Of a stretch of 64,000 nt of DNA, positions 19,893 through 30,238 are shown in pieces. Both the position numbers and the translations under genes were made by a program. The notes below the pieces were generated by a model. The model was not told the DNA's origin. It did no database searches and saw only the letters and a list, made by a program, of their open reading frames with translations. Positions within the stretch are counted from its first letter, which is position 1. Each line of letters starts with the position of its first letter. This stretch comes from an archaeon (GTDB lineage: Archaea; Nanobdellota; Nanobdellia; Pacearchaeales; GW2011-AR1), in the NCBI GenBank assembly GCA_043810775.1, contig JBDRNU010000015.1, positions 32,001 to 96,000 on the forward strand. Reading direction: 5' to 3'.

Positions 19893-19973
19893 GCCTAAAT
19901 CCTGATTAATTTTGGGACTCTAAATGTATTAAATTAGCTAGGGGTTGCTAGCGAATAATATGAAATTTAAAAT

Positions 19974-20918
19974 ATGCCAAAGAAAAGTCGTCCAAGATTT
20001 GGTAGTCTTCAATATTGGCCCAGAAAAAGGGCAAGAAAAGCTTTACCTAGTGTAAACTGGAAAGTAATTAATGGTTCTGAAATTCTCGGTTTTATTGTAT
20101 ATAAAGTGGGTATGAAATCTGCTATAGTCAAAGATAATACTCCTAATTCTATGACAAAGGGTAAGAGAATAGAGCTTCCAGTAACAATTCTTGAAGCTCC
20201 ATTCATGAAAATATTTTCAGTAAGATTATATAAAAACAATAAAGTATTAAAAGAAATTATTCTCAATTCAGATACAGAGCTAAAAAAGATATTAAAGCTT
20301 CCTAAAAATCTTGGAAAAATTGAAGATTTAGAAAAAGATAGTTTTGATAACATTAAAGTAATAGCCTATTCTCAAGTCAAATCAACTAACATAAAGAAAA
20401 CCCCAGATTTAGTGGAAATAGGTATTGGGGGAAGTAAAGAAGAGAAAATAAATTTTATAAAAGAAAATGCGAAAAAGGAAATTTCTATATTAGAAGTCTT
20501 CAAAAATTCTGAGCTTGTAGATGTTAGAGGATTAACAAAAGGAAGAGGTCTTAGTGGTCCTGTAAAAAGATTTGGAATAGGCCTCAAATCTCATAAATCT
20601 GAAAAAGGTAGGAGAAGACCAGGAAGCTTAGGTCCTTGGCATCCTGCGAGAGTTACATTCAGAGTACCTATGTCAGGGCAGTTAGGCATGTTCACAAGAA
20701 TAAATTATAATAATAAAATAATTTCATTAGCTAAAATAACTGAAAAAAACATAAATCCTTCTTCTGGGTTTAAACATTTTGGCAATATAAAAACAGAATA
20801 TCTTATTCTCTCAGGATCTGTACAAGGACCCTCAAAGCGCCAATTACTTCTCACCAAGTCACTTAGGAAAACTAAAAAACAAGATAAAAAAAATTATGAG
20901 TTAATAGATTTAAATTAG
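19974..20918 (+). CDS. rpl3: 50S ribosomal protein L3
   Basis: PRFGSLQYWPRKRA, GSLGPWHPARV, GSVQGP. Confidence 0.97.
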   Translation: MPKKSRPRFGSLQYWPRKRARKALPSVNWKVINGSEILGFIVYKVGMKSAIVKDNTPNSMTKGKRIELPVTILEAPFMKIFSVRLYKNNKVLKEIILNSDTELKKILKLPKNLGKIEDLEKDSFDNIKVIAYSQVKSTNIKKTPDLVEIGIGGSKEEKINFIKENAKKEISILEVFKNSELVDVRGLTKGRGLSGPVKRFGIGLKSHKSEKGRRRPGSLGPWHPARVTFRVPMSGQLGMFTRINYNNKIISLAKITEKNINPSSGFKHFGNIKTEYLILSGSVQGPSKRQLLLTKSLRKTKKQDKKNYELIDLN

Positions 20919-20922
20919 TAAA

Positions 20923-21711
20923 ATGAAAGCAAAAATAATATCTGTCGAAGGATTGAGTAAGAAAGAAATATTTCTTCCTAAATGGTTTTCCAATAAAATA
21001 AGGGAGGATATTTGCCAAAAATATTTTGAAACATCAAAAAGAATACAACCTTATGGTCCCAATATACTTGCGGGAATGAAATATTCAGCAAGTGGTAAAT
21101 TGAGACATGGTAGAAGACTCTGGAAGACAACTTATGGTCATGGAATTTCACGTGTACCTAGAAAGATTTTATGGAGAAGAGGAGATCACTTCCATTGGGT
21201 AGGCGCAACTATTTCAGGTACAAGGGGAGGTAGAAAAGCTCATCCTCCTAAACCAGAGCATTTCACAACTCACAAAAAGATCAATAAAAAAGAAGTACAA
21301 ATAGCAATTCAATCAGCAATATCCTCAACAATATATCCTGAATATATTATAAAAAGATATTCTTCAATAGATGAGATTAAAATTAAATTACCAATAGTAT
21401 TTGAGAGTAATGTTCTTAATCTTAAAACAAAAGAATTTTATAACCTACTTAAAAATATACTTCAAGATTTATATAGTATATCAATAAAAAAGAAGAAGGT
21501 GAGGGCCGGTAAAGGAAAGAGGAGAGGAAGGAAATATAAGAGTAATGCAGGGTTACTGATGATTATAGGCTCAGAAGAAAATAAAAAATTAATTGGAATT
21601 GATATAAAGAGGATTTCAGAGCTTGAAGTATCTGATTTTTGGCCTCTTGGAAGAATGGCTATATATACAGAAAAAGCCATAGAAGAATTAAATAAGGTGG
21701 TGGAAAAATGA
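20923..21711 (+). CDS. rpl4: 50S ribosomal protein L4
   Basis: GGRKAHPPK, RAGKGKRRGRKY; operon order. Confidence 0.97.
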   Translation: MKAKIISVEGLSKKEIFLPKWFSNKIREDICQKYFETSKRIQPYGPNILAGMKYSASGKLRHGRRLWKTTYGHGISRVPRKILWRRGDHFHWVGATISGTRGGRKAHPPKPEHFTTHKKINKKEVQIAIQSAISSTIYPEYIIKRYSSIDEIKIKLPIVFESNVLNLKTKEFYNLLKNILQDLYSISIKKKKVRAGKGKRRGRKYKSNAGLLMIIGSEENKKLIGIDIKRISELEVSDFWPLGRMAIYTEKAIEELNKVVEK

Positions 21712-21950
21712 TCTTAAAACCAATTACTACTGAAAAAGCTGTGAAATTGATTGAACTTGAAAATACTTTAGTTTTCTCCGTAGAGCGAAAATTTAGAAAA
21801 AAAGATATAAGGAAAGAGATAGAAGACACATTTAATGTAAAAGTAGATAAAATTAACTTATTATTAAAAGAGAATAAGAAAAAAGTTTATGTTAAACTAA
21901 ACAAAAAAAATCCTGCAATTGATATTGCAACTAAATTAGGGATGATATAA
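21708..21950 (+). CDS. rpl23: 50S ribosomal protein L23
   Basis: PITTEKA, NTLVF, AIDIATKLG. Confidence 0.96.
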   Translation: MILKPITTEKAVKLIELENTLVFSVERKFRKKDIRKEIEDTFNVKVDKINLLLKENKKKVYVKLNKKNPAIDIATKLGMI

Positions 21951-21952
21951 AT

Positions 21953-22666
21953 ATGGGGAAGAGAATTATACAAAGAGCACGGGGAAAAGGAAGCCTAACT
22001 TATAGAGTTAGGGCTAAAGCCTTTAAACATAAGATAGGTTACCCAAATATTCAGGGTAAGGGGATAGTTTTAAAATTATTTAATTCTGCAGGTCACTCAG
22101 CTCCACTATCTAAAATAAAAATTGGAAGTAATATTTTTTATAATCCTGCAACAAAAGGGTTATTTGAAGGGCAAGAAATAGAAATTGGTGGTAGTATAAA
22201 AGAAGGAAATATTGTATATTTAAAAGATGTTCCAACAGGCACAAAATTACATAATATAGAGATACATCCTGGAGATGGAGGCAAGATAATGAGAGTCTCT
22301 GGATCTTATGGAATCTTAACCAAAAAACTACTAGGTAAGGTGGCTATATCATTATCTAATAGGAAAGAATTATTATTTTTAGAAAAATGTAGGGCCACAG
22401 TAGGAGAAACAGCAGGAGCTGGAAGGTTAGATAAACCTATATTTAAAGCTGGGAAAAAATATCATATGATGAAAGCTAAAAGTAAACTATGGCCAAGAAC
22501 CTCTGCAGTTGCAATGAATGTTATAGATCATCCATTTGGGTCTGGTAGGGGTAAGAGAATTACTCACGGAACAAAAGGCAAAATACCTAAAAGAAACGCT
22601 CCACCTGGAGCTAATGTGGGTACCATCAGACCTAGAAGAACAGGAAGGAGGAAAGGTAGGAAATAG
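21953..22666 (+). CDS. rpl2: 50S ribosomal protein L2
   Basis: MGKRII.RARGKG, WPR...VAMN..DHPFG. Confidence 0.97.
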   Translation: MGKRIIQRARGKGSLTYRVRAKAFKHKIGYPNIQGKGIVLKLFNSAGHSAPLSKIKIGSNIFYNPATKGLFEGQEIEIGGSIKEGNIVYLKDVPTGTKLHNIEIHPGDGGKIMRVSGSYGILTKKLLGKVAISLSNRKELLFLEKCRATVGETAGAGRLDKPIFKAGKKYHMMKAKSKLWPRTSAVAMNVIDHPFGSGRGKRITHGTKGKIPKRNAPPGANVGTIRPRRTGRRKGRK

Positions 22667-22671
22667 CAAAA

Positions 22672-23061
22672 ATGGTAGTTGGAGAATTTACTTATAGGGG
22701 GAAAACCTTAGAAGAATTGAAGCAATTAGATACTCGTGAGTTTGCAAAATATGTTGGAACTACTCAAAGAAGATATATTTTAAGAAATTTTGATACAATT
22801 GAGAAATTTATCTCAAAAAATAAAAAGAAAGCTGAAAAGGGAAAACCTATAAAAACTCATAGTAGGGATATTGTAATAGTTCCAAAAATGATCGGTTTAA
22901 CTATATTTGTGCATAATGGTAAAGAGTTCGTAAAAGTTATTATTAAAGAAGAAATGTTAGGTCATAAATTCGGAGAATTTGTTCCAACCAGGGGGAAAGT
23001 CCAACATGGATCACCAGGTATTGGGGCGACAAGGAGTTCAGCATCTTTGTCTGTAAAGTAA
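22672..23061 (+). CDS. rps19: 30S ribosomal protein S19
   Basis: [32 protein letters not shown]. Confidence 0.97.
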   Translation: MVVGEFTYRGKTLEELKQLDTREFAKYVGTTQRRYILRNFDTIEKFISKNKKKAEKGKPIKTHSRDIVIVPKMIGLTIFVHNGKEFVKVIIKEEMLGHKFGEFVPTRGKVQHGSPGIGATRSSASLSVK

Positions 23062-23062
23062 A

Positions 23063-23608
23063 ATGGCAGAAGAAAATAAAAATCAAGTAATTGAAAAAGG
23101 AGAATTAAAAGTAGTTGAGTCTTCAAATGTTAAAGAGTCAGTTGAAGAACCTGATAAAAAAGAAGTAAAAAAAGAGAAAAAAACTGACAAGAAAGATGCA
23201 ATTCAAAAAAAAGAAGAAGCAATAGTAAGGGGGAAGGATTTAAAAATATCTACAAAGCACTCTATAGCTATATGCAATTTCATAAAAAACCATTCTCCTG
23301 AAAAATCATCAGAAAATCTTAAAAAAGTAATTAATAAAAAAATAGCAATCCCGATGAAGGGTGAAATTCCTCATAGAAAAGGTATTGAAAGAGGAAGATA
23401 TCCTATTAACGCGTGTAAGCAGTTTACTAAACTTTTAAAACAACTTTCTGCTAATTCAAATATTAATGGACTTGAAAATCCTATTATTAAGGTCGCAAAG
23501 GCTGATCGTGCGAGCAGACCTTATAAAAGATTTGGATCCATGAGATTTAAAAGAACAAATGTTTTGTTAATTGCAAGAGAAAATAAAGTAAATAAATCAA
23601 AAAAATAA
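23063..23608 (+). CDS. rpl22: 50S ribosomal protein L22 with charged N-terminal extension
   Basis: ISTKHS..IC, GRYP, operon order. Confidence 0.93.
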   Translation: MAEENKNQVIEKGELKVVESSNVKESVEEPDKKEVKKEKKTDKKDAIQKKEEAIVRGKDLKISTKHSIAICNFIKNHSPEKSSENLKKVINKKIAIPMKGEIPHRKGIERGRYPINACKQFTKLLKQLSANSNINGLENPIIKVAKADRASRPYKRFGSMRFKRTNVLLIARENKVNKSKK

Positions 23609-23609
23609 A

Positions 23610-24323
23610 ATGGAAGAAAAGAAATTTGTCCAATTTAAGAAAGATGAATTTAATGTAAAAGAATTTATCAAAAAATTTCTTGGAAAAGGGAAAATAAGTT
23701 CAGTCAAAATAGAATATACTCCTGTAGGAGAAAAAATTATAATTTCAACAAACAAGCCCGGATTTATCATAGGGAGAAAAGGAGAAAGAATAGCTGAATT
23801 AACATCTATAATCAAAAATAACTTTAAATTGGAAAATCCCCATATTGAAATTCAAGAAATTACTAAACCTGAGTTTGATGCTCAGTCAATTGCAGATGAA
23901 ATAGCGCTTTCATTAGAAAAGTTAGGCAACTTAAGATTTAAGATAATTGCTTATAAAGCGCTTGAAAGAATTATGAGAGCAGGAGCATTAGGTTCAGAAA
24001 TAAAAATGTCTGGCAAATTACCTAGTGAAAGAGCAAAATCCTGGAGATTTGCTGCAGGTTACTTAAAGAAGACTGGAGAACCAGCAAAAATTGTAGACAG
24101 AGCACAAGCAACTTCCTTAACTCTATCAGGAATAACTGGGATAAAAGTAAGTATTTTACCACCTGGCAGAAAAATTCATGATCAGATTGAAATAAATGAT
24201 GAGATTAAAAACCAAATTAAAGCGAACAATTTAAAAATGCAAGAAGAAGTAAAGCCTGATGTTAAAAAAATTAAGACAAGAAAAAAGAATAAATCAAAGG
24301 AAAATGGCACTGTTAAAAAATAA
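23610..24323 (+). CDS. rps3: 30S ribosomal protein S3
   Basis: KPGFIIGRKG KH domain, GKLPSERA. Confidence 0.97.
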   Translation: MEEKKFVQFKKDEFNVKEFIKKFLGKGKISSVKIEYTPVGEKIIISTNKPGFIIGRKGERIAELTSIIKNNFKLENPHIEIQEITKPEFDAQSIADEIALSLEKLGNLRFKIIAYKALERIMRAGALGSEIKMSGKLPSERAKSWRFAAGYLKKTGEPAKIVDRAQATSLTLSGITGIKVSILPPGRKIHDQIEINDEIKNQIKANNLKMQEEVKPDVKKIKTRKKNKSKENGTVKK

Positions 24324-24477
24324 AGAAATTGAAAAAATGAATGAAAAGGAAAGGAAGGAAAGATTAAAAGATTTAAGAATCGAACTTATAAAAAAAAATG
24401 CAGCTGCCAATAAATCAAGTAAAATAAAGGCAAAGGAAATAAAAAAAGCAATTGCCAGGATACTCACCAAAACTTAA
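24304..24477 (+). CDS. rpl29: 50S ribosomal protein L29
   Basis: IKKAIARILT; ATG at 24304. Confidence 0.92.
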   Translation: MALLKNKEIEKMNEKERKERLKDLRIELIKKNAAANKSSKIKAKEIKKAIARILTKT

Positions 24478-24479
24478 AA

Positions 24480-24779
24480 ATGGATATATGTCCAAAATGT
24501 GGCCTACCAAAACAGGCTTGTGTTTGCGAAGATATCGCAAAGAGTGAACAGAAGATAACTATAGAACGAGTGAAAAGAAGATTCGGTAAGTTCATGACCC
24601 TTATAAGGGGCATTGGATCTGGAGTTAACATTAAAGAAATTGCAAAAGAACTTAAAGGAGAATTTGCATGTGGTGGAACAGTGAAGGGAGGGGTAATTGA
24701 ACTTCAAGGAGACCATACCAAGAAACTAAAACAAGCATTAGTAAGGTTAGGTTTTTCAGAAGACTCTATATCAGAGTAA
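24480..24779 (+). CDS. Translation initiation factor aIF1 (SUI1)
   Basis: CPKCGLP..CVC, ACGGTVK..IELQGDH. Confidence 0.95.
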   Translation: MDICPKCGLPKQACVCEDIAKSEQKITIERVKRRFGKFMTLIRGIGSGVNIKEIAKELKGEFACGGTVKGGVIELQGDHTKKLKQALVRLGFSEDSISE

Positions 24780-24785
24780 AGAAAA

Positions 24786-25139
24786 ATGGCAAAAAAACTA
24801 GATAAGAAGAAAAATGTAGATGAAAAAGCTAGCTGTGCAGATTCTCAATGTCCTTTTCATGGGGTTCTCTCAACTCGGGGAAGAACTTTTGAAGGATATG
24901 TAATTGAAAAATTCCCAAGAAGGGTAACTATTGAATTTGAAAGAACATTTTATATAGGGAAATATGAAAGGTATGCTAAGAAGAAAACAAGAATTCATGT
25001 CAGATTGCCATCTTGCATGGAAGATGAGATCCAACTTGGAGATTATATCAAGGTTAAAGAATGCCGTCCTTTGAGTAAGTTAATACATTTCGTAGTTATT
25101 GAAAAAATCCGTTCAGCAAAGGGAGAGACTAAAAAATGA
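24786..25139 (+). CDS. rps17: 30S ribosomal protein S17
   Basis: C.D..CPFHG, KYERY, ECRPLSK. Confidence 0.97.
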   Translation: MAKKLDKKKNVDEKASCADSQCPFHGVLSTRGRTFEGYVIEKFPRRVTIEFERTFYIGKYERYAKKKTRIHVRLPSCMEDEIQLGDYIKVKECRPLSKLIHFVVIEKIRSAKGETKK

Positions 25140-25537
25140 AGTCAATAAGTGCAAGAGCAACTCGTGGATTGAATATAGGAAGTTTAGTTATCGCAACTGA
25201 TAATTCAGGAGCTAGGATAGTTAAGATAGTATCAGTAAAGAAGGGTAAATCTAAAAAAGGCCGCCAGCAATTCGCAAAAATAGCTGATTGGGTTAAAGTA
25301 AGCGTGAGAAAAGGCCTTCCAGACATGAAGGGGCAAGTATTTGATGCCGTTATTGTAAGGCAGAGAAAACCTTATAGAAGGAAAACTGGTGAAAGAATAT
25401 GCTTTACAGATAATGCTGTAGCATTATTAAAGGATGAGAAAGGAAACCCAAAAGGGACACAAATTAAAGGTCCAATCGCAAGAGAAATCTCAGAAAGATG
25501 GAAAGAAGTATCTAAAATAGCTTCAATTGTTGTTTAA
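25136..25537 (+). CDS. rpl14: 50S ribosomal protein L14
   Basis: DNSGA, AVIVRQR, DNAV, IKGPIARE. Confidence 0.97.
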   Translation: MKSISARATRGLNIGSLVIATDNSGARIVKIVSVKKGKSKKGRQQFAKIADWVKVSVRKGLPDMKGQVFDAVIVRQRKPYRRKTGERICFTDNAVALLKDEKGNPKGTQIKGPIAREISERWKEVSKIASIVV

Positions 25538-25538
25538 A

Positions 25539-25958
25539 ATGAAACAAAAATTTAGCACAAGTTGGAAATCAAGTAAGCAAAGAAGAAAACAAAGGAAATA
25601 CCTAGCTAATGCACCATTACATTTAAGAAATAAATTAATTTCAGCAAACCTATCTAAAGAACTAAGAAAGAAGTATTTAAGGAGATCTTTTACATTGAGA
25701 AAGGGAGATACTGTAAAAGTTATGAGGGGTCAGTTTAAAAATAAGTCTGGAAAAGTAAATTATATAGACAAATCCAGATTAAGATTAAATATTGAAGGAA
25801 TACAAAGACAAAAGAAAGATGGAACAAAAGTTAATGTCTGGTTTAATCCTTCTACTTTGCAAATTCAAGAAGTTTTACTAGGAGATAAGAATAGAGAAAA
25901 ATCAATTAAATTAAAAATAGGTACAGGAAATGCATCTAAAAAGACAAAAATCGCCTAG
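25539..25958 (+). CDS. rpl24: 50S ribosomal protein L24
   Basis: SKQRRKQRK...APLH, RKGDTVKVMRG; ATG at 25539. Confidence 0.96.
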   Translation: MKQKFSTSWKSSKQRRKQRKYLANAPLHLRNKLISANLSKELRKKYLRRSFTLRKGDTVKVMRGQFKNKSGKVNYIDKSRLRLNIEGIQRQKKDGTKVNVWFNPSTLQIQEVLLGDKNREKSIKLKIGTGNASKKTKIA

Positions 25959-26571
25959 AAGATGGCCAATAACCAGGAAAGGGACCAAATACTTAGTAGT
26001 GCCTTCACACCAAAAAAGAAGTGGAGTTCCTTTGTTATTAGTATTAAGGGATATGTTGAAATTAGGAAGTACACGAAAAGAACTCAAAAAAATTATGAAT
26101 GAAGGGCAAGTGTTCTTAAATTGCAAAATTATAAAAAATGAAAAACATCCAGTACTGCTTTTTGATACAATCTCTTTTAAGAATGGAATGAGTTATCAGC
26201 TTAATTACTCGGACAAGAGAAAATTTTTATTAAAAGAAATTAAAAATGAAGAACAAAATAAAAAAATAGTTAAGCTTATCGGAAAAAGAATTCTAAAAGG
26301 AAATAAAATACAACTAAATTTTAATGATGGAAGATCTTTGCTGAGCAGGGAGGATCTTAAGGTTGGAAATTCAGTATTACTAGATTTAATAAGCAATAAA
26401 ATATTGAAAAAAATTGAATTAAAAGATAATTCTGATATTATAGTTATTGGTGGAAAACATATGGGGAAAACAGGAAAAATAGAAAAAATAATTGAAGAAA
26501 GGAGTATGGCTACTATAATATTAAAAGATAAAAAAATAAATGTAAATCTTAATAATTTAATTGCAGTCTAA
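25930..26571 (+). CDS. rps4e: 30S ribosomal protein S4e
   Basis: HLKR...P..WPI.RK, GGKHMG. Confidence 0.96.
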   Translation: MHLKRQKSPRRWPITRKGTKYLVVPSHQKRSGVPLLLVLRDMLKLGSTRKELKKIMNEGQVFLNCKIIKNEKHPVLLFDTISFKNGMSYQLNYSDKRKFLLKEIKNEEQNKKIVKLIGKRILKGNKIQLNFNDGRSLLSREDLKVGNSVLLDLISNKILKKIELKDNSDIIVIGGKHMGKTGKIEKIIEERSMATIILKDKKINVNLNNLIAV

Positions 26572-26572
26572 A

Positions 26573-27085
26573 ATGAAAAATAAAATGCAAGAAATAAAAA
26601 TAGAAAAAATAGTATTAAGTGCTGGTGCAACTGGAGAAAAATTAGATAGGGCTGTAAAGTTGTTAAATATCATTTCTGGAATGAAAACAATAAAAACATC
26701 ATCTAATAAAAGAATACCTGGTTTTGGAATACGTCCAGGTTTAGAAATAGGATGCAAAGTCACTTTAAGAGGTAAAAAAGGAGTTCCTTTATTAAAAAGA
26801 TTGCTTCAAGGAGTAAAAAATGAAATCAAGGAGAGTCAAATTGAAGAAAATCATTTATCTTTTGGGATAGAGGAATATATTGAAGTTCCGGGGTTGGAGT
26901 ATCAAAGGGACATAGGTATTTTAGGATTTAATGTGACTGTAGTATTTGAAAGGAAAGGTAAGAGAGTGAAAATTAAAAAAATAAAGAGGGGAAAAATTCC
27001 CCCTAGACAAAATGTATCTAAGGAAGAAATTATTGATTTTATGAAAATCTTTTTTGAATTGGAGGTGAAAAATGACAGCAAGTGA
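26573..27085 (+). CDS. rpl5: 50S ribosomal protein L5
   Basis: [25 protein letters not shown]; ATG at 26573. Confidence 0.96.
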   Translation: MKNKMQEIKIEKIVLSAGATGEKLDRAVKLLNIISGMKTIKTSSNKRIPGFGIRPGLEIGCKVTLRGKKGVPLLKRLLQGVKNEIKESQIEENHLSFGIEEYIEVPGLEYQRDIGILGFNVTVVFERKGKRVKIKKIKRGKIPPRQNVSKEEIIDFMKIFFELEVKNDSK

Positions 27086-27302
27086 TTGGAAGAAGTTACT
27101 TAAACAATTAAGAAATAAACCTGCTGTTATGGAGAAGTTTTTAAAACACAATAAACCAAAAGACAGGAAGTTCGGTATAGCCTCTAAGAAGTGTGAGAGA
27201 TGTGGGAGATTTGGGGCTCATATAAAGTCTTTTGGTTTGAATTTATGTAGGCACTGCTTTAGAGAAACCGCTCAGGAGTTAGGATTTAAAAAATATAGTT
27301 AA
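27072..27302 (+). CDS. rps14: 30S ribosomal protein S14 (zinc-binding, N-terminally extended)
   Basis: CERCG...[14 protein letters not shown]; GGAGGTG SD upstream. Confidence 0.96.
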   Translation: MTASDWKKLLKQLRNKPAVMEKFLKHNKPKDRKFGIASKKCERCGRFGAHIKSFGLNLCRHCFRETAQELGFKKYS

Positions 27303-27303
27303 A

Positions 27304-27678
27304 ATGGGACAAGATATTGTGGCTGACGCCTTAAACCAAATTATGAATTCCAAAAAGGCAGGAAAGAATTTTGTAGTTGTAAATAGATATTCAAACTTAT
27401 TATTAAAATTACTAGACTTGGCTCAAAAAGAAGGATATATTGATAGATATGAAATAAAAGGAAATAATTTAAGAATTGAGTTTAGTAAGTTAAATTGTTG
27501 TAAGGCTATTAAACCTAGATTTTATGTAAAAATTGGAGGAATAGATAAGTATGTGAGGAGATATTTACCATCTCGAACTTTTGGAGTAATAATTATCTCA
27601 ACTAATAAAGGTCTAATAACAAATTCGCAAGCATATGAAAAAAATATTGGGGGAAGCTTAATTGCTTATTTTTACTAA
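27304..27678 (+). CDS. rps8: 30S ribosomal protein S8
   Basis: IKPRF, YLPSR.FG..IIST..G, GG.LIAY.Y. Confidence 0.96.
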   Translation: MGQDIVADALNQIMNSKKAGKNFVVVNRYSNLLLKLLDLAQKEGYIDRYEIKGNNLRIEFSKLNCCKAIKPRFYVKIGGIDKYVRRYLPSRTFGVIIISTNKGLITNSQAYEKNIGGSLIAYFY

Positions 27679-28215
27679 ATGAAAATCAAAATACAAGAAG
27701 AAATAGGAATTCCTGAAGGAGTTACAGTTAGTATGGAAGAAAATATCATAGAATTAGCAAAAGGTCCCTTTAAACTTAGAAAAATCTTTGAGGGGTTCAA
27801 AATAAAGCAAGAAAACAATAAAATAATTCTTTATACTGAAAAAGCCACTAAGCGGGAGAAGAAGTTAATAATGACTTTTAAAGCTCATATAAATAATATG
27901 ATTAAAGGGTTGGCTGAAAAATTTGTATATAAATTACAGATAGCTTCAGTGCACTTTCCAGTTACAGTTAGCATTGAAGGTAATCAATTACTAATTAAGA
28001 ATTTTTTAGGTGAAGTAACTCCTAGGAAAGCAAAAATCTTACCAGAAGTTGAAGTAAAAGTTGAAAAGGATATAATCACTGTCGAATCAAATAATATAGA
28101 GGCAGCTGGGCAGACTGCGGCTAATATAGAAAAAGCCACCAAAGTTAAAGGAAGAGATAGACGTATTTTCCAAGATGGCATTTATATTACTGAAAAACCA
28201 GGGAGAGAAATATAG
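27679..28215 (+). CDS. rpl6: 50S ribosomal protein L6
   Basis: HFPV, NFLGE, AGQTAANIE, DRRIFQDGIYI. Confidence 0.97.
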   Translation: MKIKIQEEIGIPEGVTVSMEENIIELAKGPFKLRKIFEGFKIKQENNKIILYTEKATKREKKLIMTFKAHINNMIKGLAEKFVYKLQIASVHFPVTVSIEGNQLLIKNFLGEVTPRKAKILPEVEVKVEKDIITVESNNIEAAGQTAANIEKATKVKGRDRRIFQDGIYITEKPGREI

Positions 28216-28616
28216 TGAAAAAGAAATTTTTAAGGAGAAATTGGAGAGAATATAAAAGATTAGGTAGAGGAAGAAAGAAAAAACAAAAGTGGAGAAGACC
28301 TAAAGGAAGACATGCTAAGATGAGAGAAAAAGTAAGGGGGAGACCAGGCAGGCCCTCAATAGGACTTAAGAAAAGAGTTTCAATAAATCAAGCGATAAGA
28401 GTAAATAGTATAAAACAAGCCAAAACAGTATCAAAAAATAAAAATGTCATATTGTGTAAAATGGGTAAAAATAAAAAAATAGAAATATCAAAAATTGCTC
28501 AGGAAAAAGGGTATAATATACTTAATTTAAATATAAATAAACTGATTAAATATAACTCAAAGAATAAAGAGAAGATTTCACCTAAAATTAAAGATAAAAT
28601 GGAGAAAAAGAAATGA
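28215..28616 (+). CDS. rpl32e: 50S ribosomal protein L32e
   Basis: F.R...KRL, WRRPKGRH.KMR; GTG start. Confidence 0.92.
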   Translation: MKKKFLRRNWREYKRLGRGRKKKQKWRRPKGRHAKMREKVRGRPGRPSIGLKKRVSINQAIRVNSIKQAKTVSKNKNVILCKMGKNKKIEISKIAQEKGYNILNLNINKLIKYNSKNKEKISPKIKDKMEKKK

Positions 28617-29014
28617 ACCTCAAAAAGAAAAAAGAATTATCTGCAAGAGTCTTAAATGTTGGAAAAGATAGGATATTTTTAGATAGTAATAGGATCAATG
28701 AAATAAAAGAAGCAATTACAGCTCAAGATATAAGAGATCTTAATAAAAGTGGAGTCATTAAAATCAAAGAAAAAAAAGGTCGAAGAGTAAACAAACAAAC
28801 AAAACCTAAAAAGAGTCCTGGAAAAATCAGAAAAAAAGTTAAAAATAGAAAACAAAATTATATTAAATTAACTAGAAAACTAAGAAATTATATTTCTGAA
28901 CTAAAAAAACAAGGAAAATTAACTAAAAAAGAATATGTTGATTTAAGGAAGAAAATAAGGGCTAAACAATTTAAAAGTAAATCTCATTTAAAAGAAGTAA
29001 TTAAGGTAAAATGA
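28613..29014 (+). CDS. rpl19e: 50S ribosomal protein L19e
   Basis: L.ARVL.VG..RI, EAIT..DIR. Confidence 0.93.
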   Translation: MNLKKKKELSARVLNVGKDRIFLDSNRINEIKEAITAQDIRDLNKSGVIKIKEKKGRRVNKQTKPKKSPGKIRKKVKNRKQNYIKLTRKLRNYISELKKQGKLTKKEYVDLRKKIRAKQFKSKSHLKEVIKVK

Positions 29015-29508
29015 AAGTGAATAAAAGAAGAAGAAAAGAAAGAGTAACAGATTACAAATCTAGGCTTAATTTATTAAAGTCAGGCCTTCCAAGAGTAGTA
29101 TTTAGAAAGTCAAATAAATTTATTATAGGCCAGTATATTAAAAGTGAGAAAGCACAAGATTCTATAATTGCTGGGGCAACTTCAAAGGACCTTTTAGATT
29201 ATGGTTGGCCAATAGAATTAAGAGGTAGTTTAAAATCACTTACAGCATCTTACCTTACTGGATTTTTATTAGGGAGAAAAATAATTGATAAAGAAGGAGA
29301 ATCAAGAGCAATTTTTGATATAGGTTTGCTTAGAAATATTGCTAAATCAAGAGCTTACGCTTTTCTTAAAGGTGTTATTGATTCTGGAGTGATAATTAAT
29401 CATAATGAAAAAATGTTCCCTATAGAAGATAAGATTCAAGGAAATCATCTCAAAAAAAATATTAAAGAAATATTTGGAAAAGTAAAGGAAAAAATTGAAC
29501 ATGGGTGA
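29011..29508 (+). CDS. rpl18: 50S ribosomal protein L18
   Basis: RRR.E..TDY..R..LLKS, SYLTG.L.G, FDIGL. Confidence 0.95.
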   Translation: MKVNKRRRKERVTDYKSRLNLLKSGLPRVVFRKSNKFIIGQYIKSEKAQDSIIAGATSKDLLDYGWPIELRGSLKSLTASYLTGFLLGRKIIDKEGESRAIFDIGLLRNIAKSRAYAFLKGVIDSGVIINHNEKMFPIEDKIQGNHLKKNIKEIFGKVKEKIEHG

Positions 29509-30238
29509 AAAAAATATTGGACAATTTAATAAAGGAAAATTTAGAGAAGAAGATAGAAAAGCAGCTCTGGCTAAGAGGGAAGAAGAGCGTAGAAAAGATG
29601 AAGTTGCTTCATGGCAGCCTAAAACAAAAATTGGAAAATTAGTCAAATCCAAGCAAATTATTGATTTAGATGAAGTAATTGAAAAATATAAGATTCTTGA
29701 ATCTGAGATTGTAGAATTTTTAATAAAACCTAAATCTGATTTACTATTAATTGGTCAGTCTAAAGGTAAATTTGGTGGTGGAAAAAGGAGAATCTGGCGT
29801 CAAACTCAGAGGAAATCAGCAGAAGGAAATATTCCTACTTTCGCTTCAATGGCTGTTATTGGAGATGAAGAAGGGCATGTTGGAATAGGGTATGGGAGAG
29901 CAAAAGAAACTCTTCCTTCAAGAAATAAAGCTTTAAGAAATGCTAAGCTAAATATAATTAAAGTTCAAAGAGGATGTGGTAGTTTTGATTGCTCTTGTAA
30001 CGAGCCACATAGTATTCCTTTTATTGTAGAAGGTAAATGTGGAAGTTCAAGAATTAAACTATTACCCGCACCACAAGGTACTGGTTTAGTTGTTGGAGAT
30101 GAAATTAAAAAGATTTTGAAACTAGCAGGAATTAAAGATGTTTATAGCCAGACTTTTGGCCAAACTAAAACAACAATTAATCTAGCAAAAGCTACTATTG
30201 AAGCCCTTAAGAAAACTAATGAATTTATTAAAAAATGA
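29501..30238 (+). CDS. rps5: 30S ribosomal protein S5
   Basis: WQPKTKIG, RGCGS..C.C..PHS, PAPQGTGL; ATG at 29501. Confidence 0.97.
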   Translation: MGEKNIGQFNKGKFREEDRKAALAKREEERRKDEVASWQPKTKIGKLVKSKQIIDLDEVIEKYKILESEIVEFLIKPKSDLLLIGQSKGKFGGGKRRIWRQTQRKSAEGNIPTFASMAVIGDEEGHVGIGYGRAKETLPSRNKALRNAKLNIIKVQRGCGSFDCSCNEPHSIPFIVEGKCGSSRIKLLPAPQGTGLVVGDEIKKILKLAGIKDVYSQTFGQTKTTINLAKATIEALKKTNEFIKK

